Shown here: piece after piece, positions 12,101-23,839 of the stretch
Layout of the letters: the number at the start of each line of letters is the position of its first letter
How positions within the stretch are numbered: position 1 is the first letter of the stretch
NCBI GenBank assembly: GCA_020137815.1
Contig: CM035360.1
Coordinates: 744,001 to 808,000 of the forward strand
Source: Hormiphora californensis
Taxonomy: Eukaryota; Animalia; Ctenophora
Length of the DNA stretch: 64,000 bases
Direction of reading: 5' to 3'
The notes under the pieces: model-generated
The model's database searches: none
What the model was told of the DNA's origin: nothing
Seen by the model: only the letters and a program-made list of their open reading frames with translations
Made by a program: the position numbers and the translations under genes

Positions 12101-13401
12101 ATTGGTGTAGTCAGTAAAGCGTGATAGCGTATAATGGTAAACCTCATTTCTACACACCTCATTTTTCCTGTAGTTCAGAAGTATAGCCAGGAGAGAGAGG
12201 GAGTGGGTACCAAGGGATGACCGGAGCGATGGGTTAACCAGAACTTTACAGAGACTATACCAAAGGGAATGTAGCATCAGGTACTCCACCTAGTGAGATT
12301 TGGGGAAGTTTAGAAGAGGAACATACTCCCAGTGGTAGTTTGTAATCTTGAATAATCAATAACAATCCGAGACTGACTGATTCAGTTGTTGTTGATTGCA
12401 AAAATCTTTCTATGTACATAGAGCGTATTTCATGTTTAAAACATACCATGGTGTTCTGTGACACGTTATCTGATGCACTACATAGTATCTTCAGGAATAC
12501 CAGGGCGTAATACTTCAGTTCCTGTATCTTGTTAGCTATCAGAATCTTGTGTATCTCCTCGATAAGTTGTGACATTGTCTGTTCCGCCTGATCAAACCCA
12601 ACGAGAACATCAACTGCTCTGAACCCCTCCCCCAGATCCTTCCTCCAGACACACTTCACTAGTGTAGATAGCGTCTAGTTGGGGGAATGGGAGGTGTTAT
12701 TGAAATAATGATTCTTAGCATTATTATATTAGATACACACATCAATTACACATGTGTACAATATATATGTAACAACTTGCAAGATTGAGAAGTTGCAACT
12801 TACCAACAGAATATTCAAAGATTTGATGCAATGATCCTCCCGGAGCCCTTGAACACACTTCTTGAACAGCACATTGATGGATCCCTGTAATAAGTCGGAC
12901 AATTAGTATCTGCTGAGTGCAAGTGATGAACATTATTCTAACTTACTTTACTGATAGTAATAAATATTATTTCACTTACTTTTAAGCTGATAAGATCGTT
13001 AGATGTTAGCTCACTGAAATGCTCCTCCAACACAGGAACATTAACTTTAATCAGGAACAATTTCTCCCATACACGGTCATCTTGCTCTTCTCCCTGATGT
13101 GTAATAGTGATTTTAGTGGCGATGTTATATAGTGATGTAGATAATAACTGATGTAACAGTAACGCGGATAATGGTTAAAACTATCATTGGGTACCAATCG
13201 AAATGAGATGTTTTGGTTCAAGCTCCAGCTGTACCACTATCGAGTACTTTCACCAGCATCTATTTACATATCAAGTACAGTATTACAATCTTGTTTATTA
13301 CCTCTCTCTATGCTCTATCTCTCTTTACTCTTGTTTACCTTAAGGATAGATTCGTAGATGATGCTAAACTCAGTTTTCAGCTGAGGTTTAGTGCTCCCCA
13401 T
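9140..13401 (-). CDS. ARMH3: Armadillo-like helical domain-containing protein 3 (C10orf76), multi-exon
   Basis: Exon translations [108 protein letters not shown]. ATG at 13401 inferred from the first exon MGSTKPQLKTEFSIIYESILK. Confidence 0.9.
11121..11186. repeat. Palindrome of TACAGGGTGTCCC-type MITE ends
   Basis: CTACGTAGATTTAATGGGACACCCTGTA...TACAGGGTGTCCCATTAAATCTACGTAG; related ends at 31460-31545. Confidence 0.6.
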
Positions 13402-13797
13402 CACATGATAAGAAACTAAAATATAATATTCAATTACTGCTGTTTATGTAACCGTCGCTGGATAAATTAGCTCGAAGAAACAAAACTTTAAAGTCCTCGG
13501 TTCAAACGCATGAAAATAACAGATAAGTAATTTGGCAAACGTTGCTGGCGCGGGATAAGGCAGCGCTTTTCAAATAAGTAATCTGAAATCTGAAATTCTG
13601 ACCCACTCGTCTTTTTCTCTGGCTGAAATATTATCGGTTAGATCGGTAAATTTGCGCTGCTATAAATGAAAATAAACAGTAAGGCGCGAAAAACTTTAGT
13701 TTGTAAAACGCGCGTCGCTGTACTGTTGCCAGTCAGCTCAGTTGCAGAAAATGAAAAAGTCAGAAGATTTTTGATTTTTGCCTTTTGCCCAGCGCCT

Positions 13798-14162
13798 AAG
13801 GAACCATAATATTATTATTATTATTAAATCTGTTTACAATAATTTGACACTGTCAATATTGCCATAATAAAGTTCAAGAGCCTCCAAGAGCACCCAAGAG
13901 CGCACCCGATCGAAGAGAGACCACACCTGAGAGCGCACCACACCCAAAAGAGACCACATCCAAGAGCGCACCACCTCCAGAAGACACCACTTCAAGAGCG
14001 CACCACATCAAAGAGAGCTCCCCATCCAGAAGATATGTTAGCTGCGCGCGGTATCTTCTGGATGGGGAGCTCTCTTTGATGTGGTGCGCTCTTGGAGTGG
14101 TGTCTTTTGGAGGTGGTACGCTCTTGGATGGGGTGCGCTCTTGAACTTTATTATGGTTCCTT
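13798..14162. mobile_element. Foldback/MITE with internal AAGAGCGCACC subrepeats
   Basis: Termini AAGGAACCATAATA / TATTATGGTTCCTT; arms invert around about 14045. Confidence 0.6.
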
Positions 14163-14439
14163 CTTGATCGCGGGGGCGGGGGCTCTGCCCTCAACACAGC
14201 ACACCCCCGGGGCTGCGCCCCTGGACCCTGCTTGTAGGGGTTTCACCCCCACACCCCCTGACCAGGCCATGGCTGTTGCCCCAGGCCCCGGACGCACAGG
14301 GACACGCTTGGCCGGAGGCCCAGTTTCATCCCTACATTTTAAATGCGATATTTCTGATAGTTTAAATCGGTTATGGTTATCGATAGCGTATATTTTTTCC
14401 CTGCCCGGGTGAATGCCCGAAGGGCATTCACCCGGGATG

Positions 14440-14930
14440 ATGTTTTTAGCCCGCACGTGCCACGTGCTAAAAAGATCATTCAGGGTTTAGAAATCAGCAG
14501 ATCGTGTAGTTAACTAAATGTCCGTCCGTCCGTCCGTCACGGACAACGCCTGACAACCGATCCATTTTGAAAGCGTCGTCCGCAAAGTTATTACACTACG
14601 GCCGATTTCGGTGGCACGCGCTCAAAACTTGTGCGCACACACTCTCAATGCAGCGTATGTATACAATTGCCGGATGAAATAGAATCACCCCGAATATAAA
14701 TTGTAACTCCTACAGCTTATTTTCTCTTACAAATTGTCACTGTGCCTCAGCAGCTGTGTCCTGCTGGAGTCTAAACACCAAGAAGAGCCGTCATTTTTTC
14801 CTGTCCGAAGGGCATTCACTCGCACGCACGTGCTAAAAAGATCATTCAGGGTTTAGAAATCAGCAGATCGTGGGGACTGGGGTTAACTAAATATGTCCAT
14901 CCGTCACGGACAACGCTTAACAACAAGTCT
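14440..14930 (+). mobile_element. Helentron/HINE-like non-autonomous repeat, two partial tandem copies
   Basis: T-run start and (GTCC)n microsatellite; block CACGTGCTAAAAAGATCATTCAGGGTTTAGAAATCAGCAGATCG occurs twice, with a related copy near 57020. Confidence 0.45.
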
Positions 14931-15224
14931 ACTCCTTCATAAAACTTTCATCTCACGCTTCGTTGATTCAGCAAAGGAAATGATTAACACAAATTCATCA
15001 AATTTAAATCCAATTGTGACAGGGAAACACCGCATTATGAATACATAATGCAATAATTCTTGTTAGGATCCCGAACATATTGCATGGACGTCATATAATA
15101 ATATGGCTAAGTCCTAAGAGACTAGTCCGTACATTTTCTTACAGAAACATTGTAGGACAACTCCGTTTGTTATGACATGATTAGACGCTCCCTACTACGT
15201 GGTGTGGGATAGTTGGTATGAAGC

Positions 15225-17475
15225 ATGGAAGTCATTCAACGTGTCATCAGTGCGCTACGGAAAGACTGTCGTGAAAGAACAATCGAGGACTTCAACACCA
15301 TCTTCGAGTATTTTGTTCAGTTACAGGTCAGTCACATGATGTTGGAACTGCAGTCATACACATAGTTTGGGAACTGCAGGGAACAGTTCAATTACCTACA
15401 TAATATCTGTTTTCGGAGAACAGATTATTCTGAATAAAGAGATCTGAGCAAGAATTTAATTAATTAAAAACAAAGATATAAGATTTATACAATTTTCCCC
15501 AACAATGCTTCATAACCTTTTTAACCGATATATCCTCCTAGTTATCCCATTTTGCTGCGTTAACAAACAAAGAACTCCGGGAGACATGCAACCTGTCACG
15601 GTACATCGAATGTGATGAGAGTACAGTTCTCTTCAAGAGAAACACCCCAGCCAAGTGCTGGTATATCCTGGTCTCTGGATCTGTGTTGTATGGAAATCAG
15701 ATGTTTTGCAAGGGTACAACATTTGGTCATAGCAAACCACCACTTCCATACCTGAGGAAGGATGATTGTATATCGTTGGAGTATTGCCAGGTAAATAGCT
15801 TGGCAAGTCTCCAAGTATTAGTTCCATTGTGTAACGAATATGTATGATTTGGTAGTTATATTTCTTGGGATGAGGCCAAGACAAGTATTGTTTACATAGA
15901 GCTGCATTGTGTGAGGCTGAGCTAAATAAAGTGAGCTGTTGTTAAGATAAATAACAATCACACTCAAGTAGCTCCAACCTATCCATGTCTTCTTTCCTCC
16001 CCCTCCCTTGTCTTCTTGACCCCACATCATTTCAGATAATAGTGATAGACTACTCAGCCCAAGAGCTAGCCGGAGGTCACGCTCCCTCGTACCGTGGGAA
16101 CCTCCGCTCCTATCCGACCCGGTACAGCGGCAGTGTGGAGAGTTACAGCCTGCAATCTGGTGAAACATTCCCTGAACGAGAGAGTATCGATGGGAAATCA
16201 GCATCTTCCATTGACTCGTATCCCGATTTGTTGGGACTAACTGAGGGAGGGGTGGATAGTGACGATGAATCGGATGAGTTGTCACAACTGAGCGCTCAAA
16301 CTATTGATCCGCTGAGGGATAGTTTGGGGAAGAAGCCCAGTGAGAGGACTGAAACTGACGTACAGGTGAGAGAAAGAAAGAAGAGTAGATGATACTATGC
16401 AATGTATAAATTCGGAGAGGCACATTTTGTTATTCAGGAAGGTCGGTTTTGGAATAATGTTAGATTAGTTAAACCGGTTAAACCATACAAATCTGAATAT
16501 TTTTCCGAATTGGGGGATTTGGTTTGATCTAGGTAACCATTCATTGTAGTTGTCTGTCTGTCTGTCTGTCTGTCTGCCTGTCTGTCATGTCTACTGATGG
16601 TTTCCCCCACATCTCAACTGTATCTCCCAGGTCACTATCTCTACCACTATCTTTATCTTCCTTTCTCCCCCTCTCTCTATCTCTCTTCCCTCACTTTTTC
16701 TCTCCTCTTCTCTCTTTCTTTGTTTCTGTTTCTTACCCTTATTCTTCATCGAATGTTCCTGATTTGGACTTGGTTTGATCTAGTTTACCATGTCTTGAAG
16801 TTCCTGATGCGTCTACTATAGTCATTACTATGTGGTTTCTCAGTCTCTCTAGGAGTCTATTGCGGACATTGCTAGTTTCCTGTAGTTAAGACAACACTCT
16901 TAAGCTAGTACTTGCTCTGGTACTATTCTTGTTACTCACAGTCTTTCGTATGTTCTCCTACCCTTTCATATCTTCCCCAGTGTATGATGTTGATTATCAT
17001 CGCTGTCACCTAGTTCTATCTGCGTGGATTGATGTTTTTGCTGTTCCGCATAAGTATCGGATGATCAGATTAGCTCTATGTGGTAGCTCGATGCTTAATG
17101 CGGTGTTGTCTTTGCTTCTCTTCAGTTCGCTATCTGTTTCTCCTCTGCTCTCTCTTCTCTCTAGTTAAATCTCTCTACTTACAATCTCTCCTTGATCCTC
17201 TCGTTCATTTGCCTTCCTGGTCTATGATATCTTCTAGTCTCCTCTCGTCATCTTCTGAATCTGTGGTGATTCTCAGTATGCTCTTGCTGTCATCAGTCTC
17301 TTCTCTCTTTCTTCTCATCTCATTCCCTCTTTCTCAGCGTCATCTCTCTTCGCATCTCTCTCTCTCTTCTCTCCACGCTCTCTCCGTGCACAGGTCCCGG
17401 ACCGACTCTGCATCGAGCCATGTGTCTCTCGTCAGAATGAGGTGCTCGTCTCTCTGCTCATCTCTCCAGTCTTCT

Positions 17476-17559
<84 letters not shown>

Positions 17560-20500
17560 CTTCTCTGCGTATTTCCCTGTGTTAAATATTTCTTCCTTGC
17601 TACCTTCGCGTACAAATGCAACTACTCATAAATTGTACTTGCACGTTCTAGTTGTATATTTATCTCCCTCTCTTCCTCGGTACTACTCAAGTTCATCTTG
17701 ACACACTACTTGTTACTTTTGGTTTTAGTATCACGGATAGTAAACTTGGGTTACTTATTTCTATCCCTATTGTTCATTGTTGTTGTGTACTGATACCTAC
17801 ATTTTCCCATTCCCAAAAGCATTATATTTCACAATGATTCGTGCTATTGTATCTATGGCATCTTCCCTGACAGGCGGCCTCCTCAGCCTTCTCTACTCCT
17901 TTGCTAAGGTGTGATAGGAAGGGAGGGTTAACATGGTTATGTGATAGGAAAGGTTGTGTGATAGGAAGGGAGGGTTAACATGGTTATGTGATAGGAAAGG
18001 TTGTGTGATAGGAAGGGAGGGTTCATGGTTATGTGATAGGAAAGGTTGTGTGATAGAAAGGAAGGGTTGTGAATAATGGTCGAGGAACAAAGATTTTGAT
18101 GGGGAGGGAGATGTAGCAGAGACTAAAACATTTTAGGAGGAGTGGAGAGGTAGGGACTAAAGCATTTTATGTGGGGACTAAAATATATTTTAGCCCCCAC
18201 TCCTATAAAATAAGGGGGTGGTGGCCGCAAAGTGGACGAGGGAAATGTACCCTGCATGCGAACTGCACACATGAGAAACACACAGCGGGGGATTGAGGGA
18301 TTAGTGGAGGGTATAGTAAGAGTCTATACTATAGACTGTAATAGAGCATGATGAAATAGCGAGTTCTCTGTTATGTACCCCATAAAATAGTGTGACGCAA
18401 ATCCAATACCACTTGAAATAATCTCTCTCTGTGTTACTCATGTCAAATTATGGGGGCGGGGCGATGTGAGTACCCCCTCCTACGTACTCGAGAATGAAAG
18501 GGTACTGGAAAGCTCGAGAGAATCATGGGAGAGGTAAAGGGTTGTGTTAGTACAGTCGGACCCCGATTTAGTAGTAGGTTATCATGTAGCTCTGTCTGTA
18601 GTTCTGTGAATGTTCGATGTCGCTCTGTGAGGGTTCAGTAGATCAAGTACAGGGGGACCCCCAAGTAAAGGGTTGTGAATTATTAAAAAACACCCCATTC
18701 CCCCCAGACGATTTGTAACGAGGTGTCACACCTCCCTGCCCTTCTGAAACTGCCCGTCCCGGTGAGGAAGGAGTTGTGTCAACGCATGCTATACAAGGTA
18801 ACCTTTCTGGGGTGTGCTATACAAGGTAACATTTCTGGGGTGTGTATCAAGCAGGATTCAGGAACCGACCGAAACAAGTAAACAACCAATCAGAACTCGT
18901 TATTTAGGTCACGTGACTGGTTATCAGCCAATTCCCTGATTCGGTCGGTTCCTGGTATCAAGTTTAGTATACAATTGACCCAACCGGCAACTTTCCGCCC
19001 CGTATCCGGGTACCCGAACCTCCCTCTCTCTACTCCCCTGTCATCAATCTCCCATCTGGATAGCGGAACCTAATTCCACTCCTAAATTCCCTACCACCAA
19101 ATTCCCAACACAACCTCCCAGTCCCATACGGCCTACCACCACCTTCCATCCCCACTCTCCACTCCTTTGCACCTCCCTGCCCCCTCTCCATCACCACTCT
19201 ATCACCACTCTACTCACTTCCTCTCAGGTGTACAAAGACCCTGGGGTAATGTTGGTGGGCCACTCCCCACTCCCCTACCACAAACCTCTCAACCCCTACC
19301 TGGGTAACCGAACCTCCCTCTACACAACTCTCGTCTCCCAGGTGTACAAAGATCCAGGGGTAATGTTGGTGGGCCACTCCCCACTCCCGGTCCCCTACCA
19401 CAAACCGCCCTAGTCCCTCTACACAATACAACTCACTCTCTCCTCCCCCCTGCAGGTGTACAAAGACCCAGGGGTAATGTTGGTGGGCCACTCCCCACTC
19501 CCCTGCCACAAACCTCTCAACCCCTACCCGGGTAACCAAACCTCCCTCTACACAACTCTCCTCCCCCCTGCAGGTGTACAAAGATCCCGGGGTAATGTTG
19601 GTGGGTCACTCCCCACTCCCCTACCACAAACCTCCCTAGTCCCTCTACACAATACAACTCACACTGCACTCCCCCCTCCCACTTCCCAGGTGTACAAAGA
19701 TCCAGGGGTGATGTTGGTGGGCCACGGGAAGGAACTCCACTCTTGGCAGGTCCTCCTAAACGGTGTGTTAGAAGTTAGAGAGGAGGGTCTCCCTCCAAAG
19801 TTGCTACATGTTGGAGAGAGCTTTGGAATGCCCGCTGCTACACAGGTACTGATACCAGTTGTATACCAGATATTAAAAGCAATTAAATAATCAAATTTAG
19901 TTACACGGTACAGTCGGACCCCGATTTACCGGGATGCTCGGGGGAAAGGGTTTTTTTAGTTACACGGTAGTTAGTTTTACTGTGTGGTTTACTGATCAAT
20001 AATATTTGGGGAATTTGTGGAACCCAGACTGATATCGGGACACCGTATGGCGTGCATACATGTGCGTGTGTATAATAAGAGTTTACCTCTCTCATTTTAG
20101 TAATTATTAAATGTATCCATCTCTTGATCTAGGTGTTGCGACAACAAGGTGATATTTTAACCCGCTCTCCTGATTGTCATGTCCTCTCTATACCGCGATC
20201 TGAGTTCCTGCAAATCATCAAGTTAGTAATATTTTACCTCTCTTGCACTGTGAGGGAGACAAGCAACATTTGAAACATTGTTCTGACGCTTCTTGTCTAT
20301 TATCTCCCAATATATCATCCAATTCTACAGTAAGAGTGAGCTAAACACTAAACGGATAAAGAACGAAGAGGGGAAGGTTATAGTGGTGAAGGAATTGAAG
20401 GCGAGTGTAACGGGTTGTCAGCCTGGAGATGTAATTACTGCTGCAGACCCACAATCTCTAATTGAACATCTGAAGGAAAATACGAAGAGTGTTGACCCTG

Positions 20501-23500
20501 AGTACACCGAGGTAATAACTGTTGTGTGTTTGTTTGTTTAATTGTTTGTCTGTTTGTTTGTTTGTTTGTTTGTTTGTTTGTTTGTTTGTTTGTTTGTTTG
20601 TTTGTTTGTTTGTTTGTATGATTGTTTGTTTGTTTGTTTGTTTGTTTTTTGTTTATTTGTTTGTTTGTTTGTTTGTTTGTTTGTTTGTTTGTTTGTTTGT
20701 TTGTTTGTTTGTTTGTTTGTTTGTTTGTTTGTTTGTTTGTTTGTTTGTTTGTTTGTTTATTTGTTTGTTTGTTTGTTTGTTTGTTTGTTTGTTTGTTCTC
20801 TAGCAGGTAGTGTGAAATGTGTCGGTAATCGAATGTAGCAGTTCTAAATTGTAACGAGATACTCATGCCGTATCTGGACTCTAGATTTTAGAACTGAGTG
20901 GGAGATGGAGAAACTGATTTCCGTAGAAATTGTTTTCTAAAATCTCACTCTACTGCTGCACTAAAATAATCACCAATCACTTAACTGTCTTGTTTTCTCG
21001 CCCACTCCGAAAACTCCCAATTATCTTTTTTTAGGATTTTCTATTGACTTATCGGATATTCATTCCCGACGTGACCCTCCTAACAAAACCTCTTCTTCAC
21101 TGGTTCGAGGACAGTCAATACAGGTTCGTAACACACTTAATTAGCAATTATCTGTTTGATGTTATAATTTTGAATAATTTTCTTAACTCCCAAATATCTT
21201 CAGATATAAGATTCTAAGCATCGTCAATGCCTGGGTTTCTTCTCATTTTACTGATTTTGACTACAACACCACGTAAGAGTACACTATATCTTGCTGTGAA
21301 CAATGTGAATTAACCCCCTAAATTGTAATCCATGTTCCCCTTATTTTGGCTGTACAGTCGGACCCCGATTTACCGGGCCCCGATTTACCGGAACCCCGAT
21401 TTACCGGGAGGATAAACTTCCCCCGATATAAGAAATTGACGATATTTTGCCCCGATATACCGGGCACCCCGATTTACCGGGCAAACCCCTTTCCCCCGAG
21501 CATCCCGGTAAATCGGGGTCCGACTGTATTAACATTTCACAAGTTGGCCTATTCAGTACCATGCTTAGTGAACTGACTAGTACTCGGTGTCTACGTGTCT
21601 CTATATATGCGTTACAACACGCCTTTGTTTACACTTGACACTGTATTGTGAGGAGCTATAAACATATGATCTCTCAATATAGAGTAGAGAGATAGAATGT
21701 GTCTGATAGAAACAGAGACAGCTAAAAATGTCTCACGTGCCTAAATATTGAATGACCATACCCACCACACCAAACGGCAAACAACCCTCTCCCCTGGCAA
21801 CTTAGTTACCCCTCCCTTGCCGGCACAAAGCCCTATTTTGTAACCCCCCTCTCCAACAAACACCCCTCTCCCCTGGCAACTTAGTTAGCCCTCCCCCTGG
21901 CAACTTAGTTACCCCTCCCTTGCCGGCACAAAGCCCTATTTTGTAACCCCCCTCTCCAACAAACACCCCTCTCCCCTGGCAACTTAGTTAGCCCTCCCCC
22001 TGGCAACTTAGTTACCCCTCCGTTGCCGGCACAAAGCCCTATTTCGTAACCCCCCTCCAACAAACACCCCTCTAGTTTCTAGAGGAATTAGAATCCCAAA
22101 TGAGAACCCCCCTCATATCATATCAAACAAACACCCCTCTGCCCTGTCACCAGGTTATGGAAATTTCTAGAGGAATTAGAATCCCAAATGAGAACCCCCC
22201 TCATATCATATCAAACAAACATCCCTCTGTCACCAGGTTATGGAAGTTTCTAGAGGAATTAGAATCCCAAATGAGAACATGGAACTTGAAACAGGAGCTC
22301 TCCCAGTTCCGACAGCTTTGCAGTAGTAAAACGTTACGAAGGACAATTACCATCGACCGGGAAAAGAGCGATCCTATACCCCTGCTAGTTGGTGGTGCCC
22401 GATTAGGGTAAGAAATTATATATGTTAACTTTTGAGTATTAATTGGACGTTAATTAGTTGGTTGGACATTGTCAAAATGAACCATGTTTGTACAGTCTCT
22501 TACACGACACGCGCCGCCACACAGCACACTCTTGTGTGGAATCCGGAAGTAGGCCCTTAATAGGAGGGGGACCCTCCCCGTCTCTGGGTGGGGAGAGGAA
22601 GAGGAGGGGGAGAGGGAGGGGAGGGGGAGAGAGCGAGAGAGAATTGAAGTATGCTAGTTCTTAAACAGACAGTGTACACTAACAATACATTTTGTGTTTA
22701 AAACGACATCCGATGCTATTAAAAGTGTAGTAGTCGACATGTCTGTTTGCCTCGCCAACTTTGTTTAGACAAAGAATCTTGGCCAGGTTTTTCAACTCCA
22801 CAGACGTGCAAACATTCACAATGAACTGTGTGTTTGATTATAATATATCGAGAATGGGGAGAGTGGGTCAACCCGGTCGTGATTATCATTAGTATTGCAT
22901 AATATTCACACATACTGACTATTATAATAGCATGCGAAGAATATAACTTGTTAGGGTATCTCGGTCCTCGGTGAAAGGTCATTATTCAGATTATTCACAC
23001 ACTGACTTGTGATATTATTCAGCATATTCAGAATAAAGAGATCTGAGCAAGAATTAAATAGGGAAGAAAATCGAAAAATACTGGGTTCGACCGGGAATTG
23101 AACCAGGGACCTCCAGAGAGACGCGCTCGATGCTCTACCACTGAGCTACCGAACCCCTGTACAGATCGCATTTCTTCACACTATATTCAAGCACATGCCC
23201 TTAGCTAGACACCATTTGATAGAGGAAGTAATCTCTCCTTGACCGAGATCTGCCCGTGTGTGTGTGAGATTCCCCTATATAACCGTTGTACGGAGGGCGT
23301 GTGTGTGTGTTGATCACCAGAAGGAGATATCAAAATTACTTCCTTTATTCAGCATAACAATGATAATAGTTGTGACGCATGGGTTCCGCATTGTTACACA
23401 ATAGAAAATGAGAAAACAAACGAACGAACAAACTTAGTGAATTATGTGTTTACTGAACGAAACAGTAAAAATAGTTGTTGCACTGTTCAACTCGCGTGAT

Positions 23501-23746
23501 TCCCCTGGGATTTGAGCAGCTCTCTCTGCAAAAGTGCACTTGTTTGCTTTCCAACTGTAAACTGTCTCTCCACATTCGCTCATATCTCACTGCAATCATG
23601 GTCCTTTCTGAAAACTTGCCAGAGCTGCATGTTTTCCCTGCCTCGGATCAGAGACATCACTCTCAGCACGGCTTCAGAATTAATATCTCCAGTACCTTCT
23701 CCAAGCATGTATCGATTTCTCTCTCTACAATATTGCATCTCTCTCC

Positions 23747-23839
<93 letters not shown>

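Noticed and set aside
23083-23156. Functional tRNA gene
   Set aside because: The anticodon arm is unpaired and the sequence lies inside a TSD-flanked insertion
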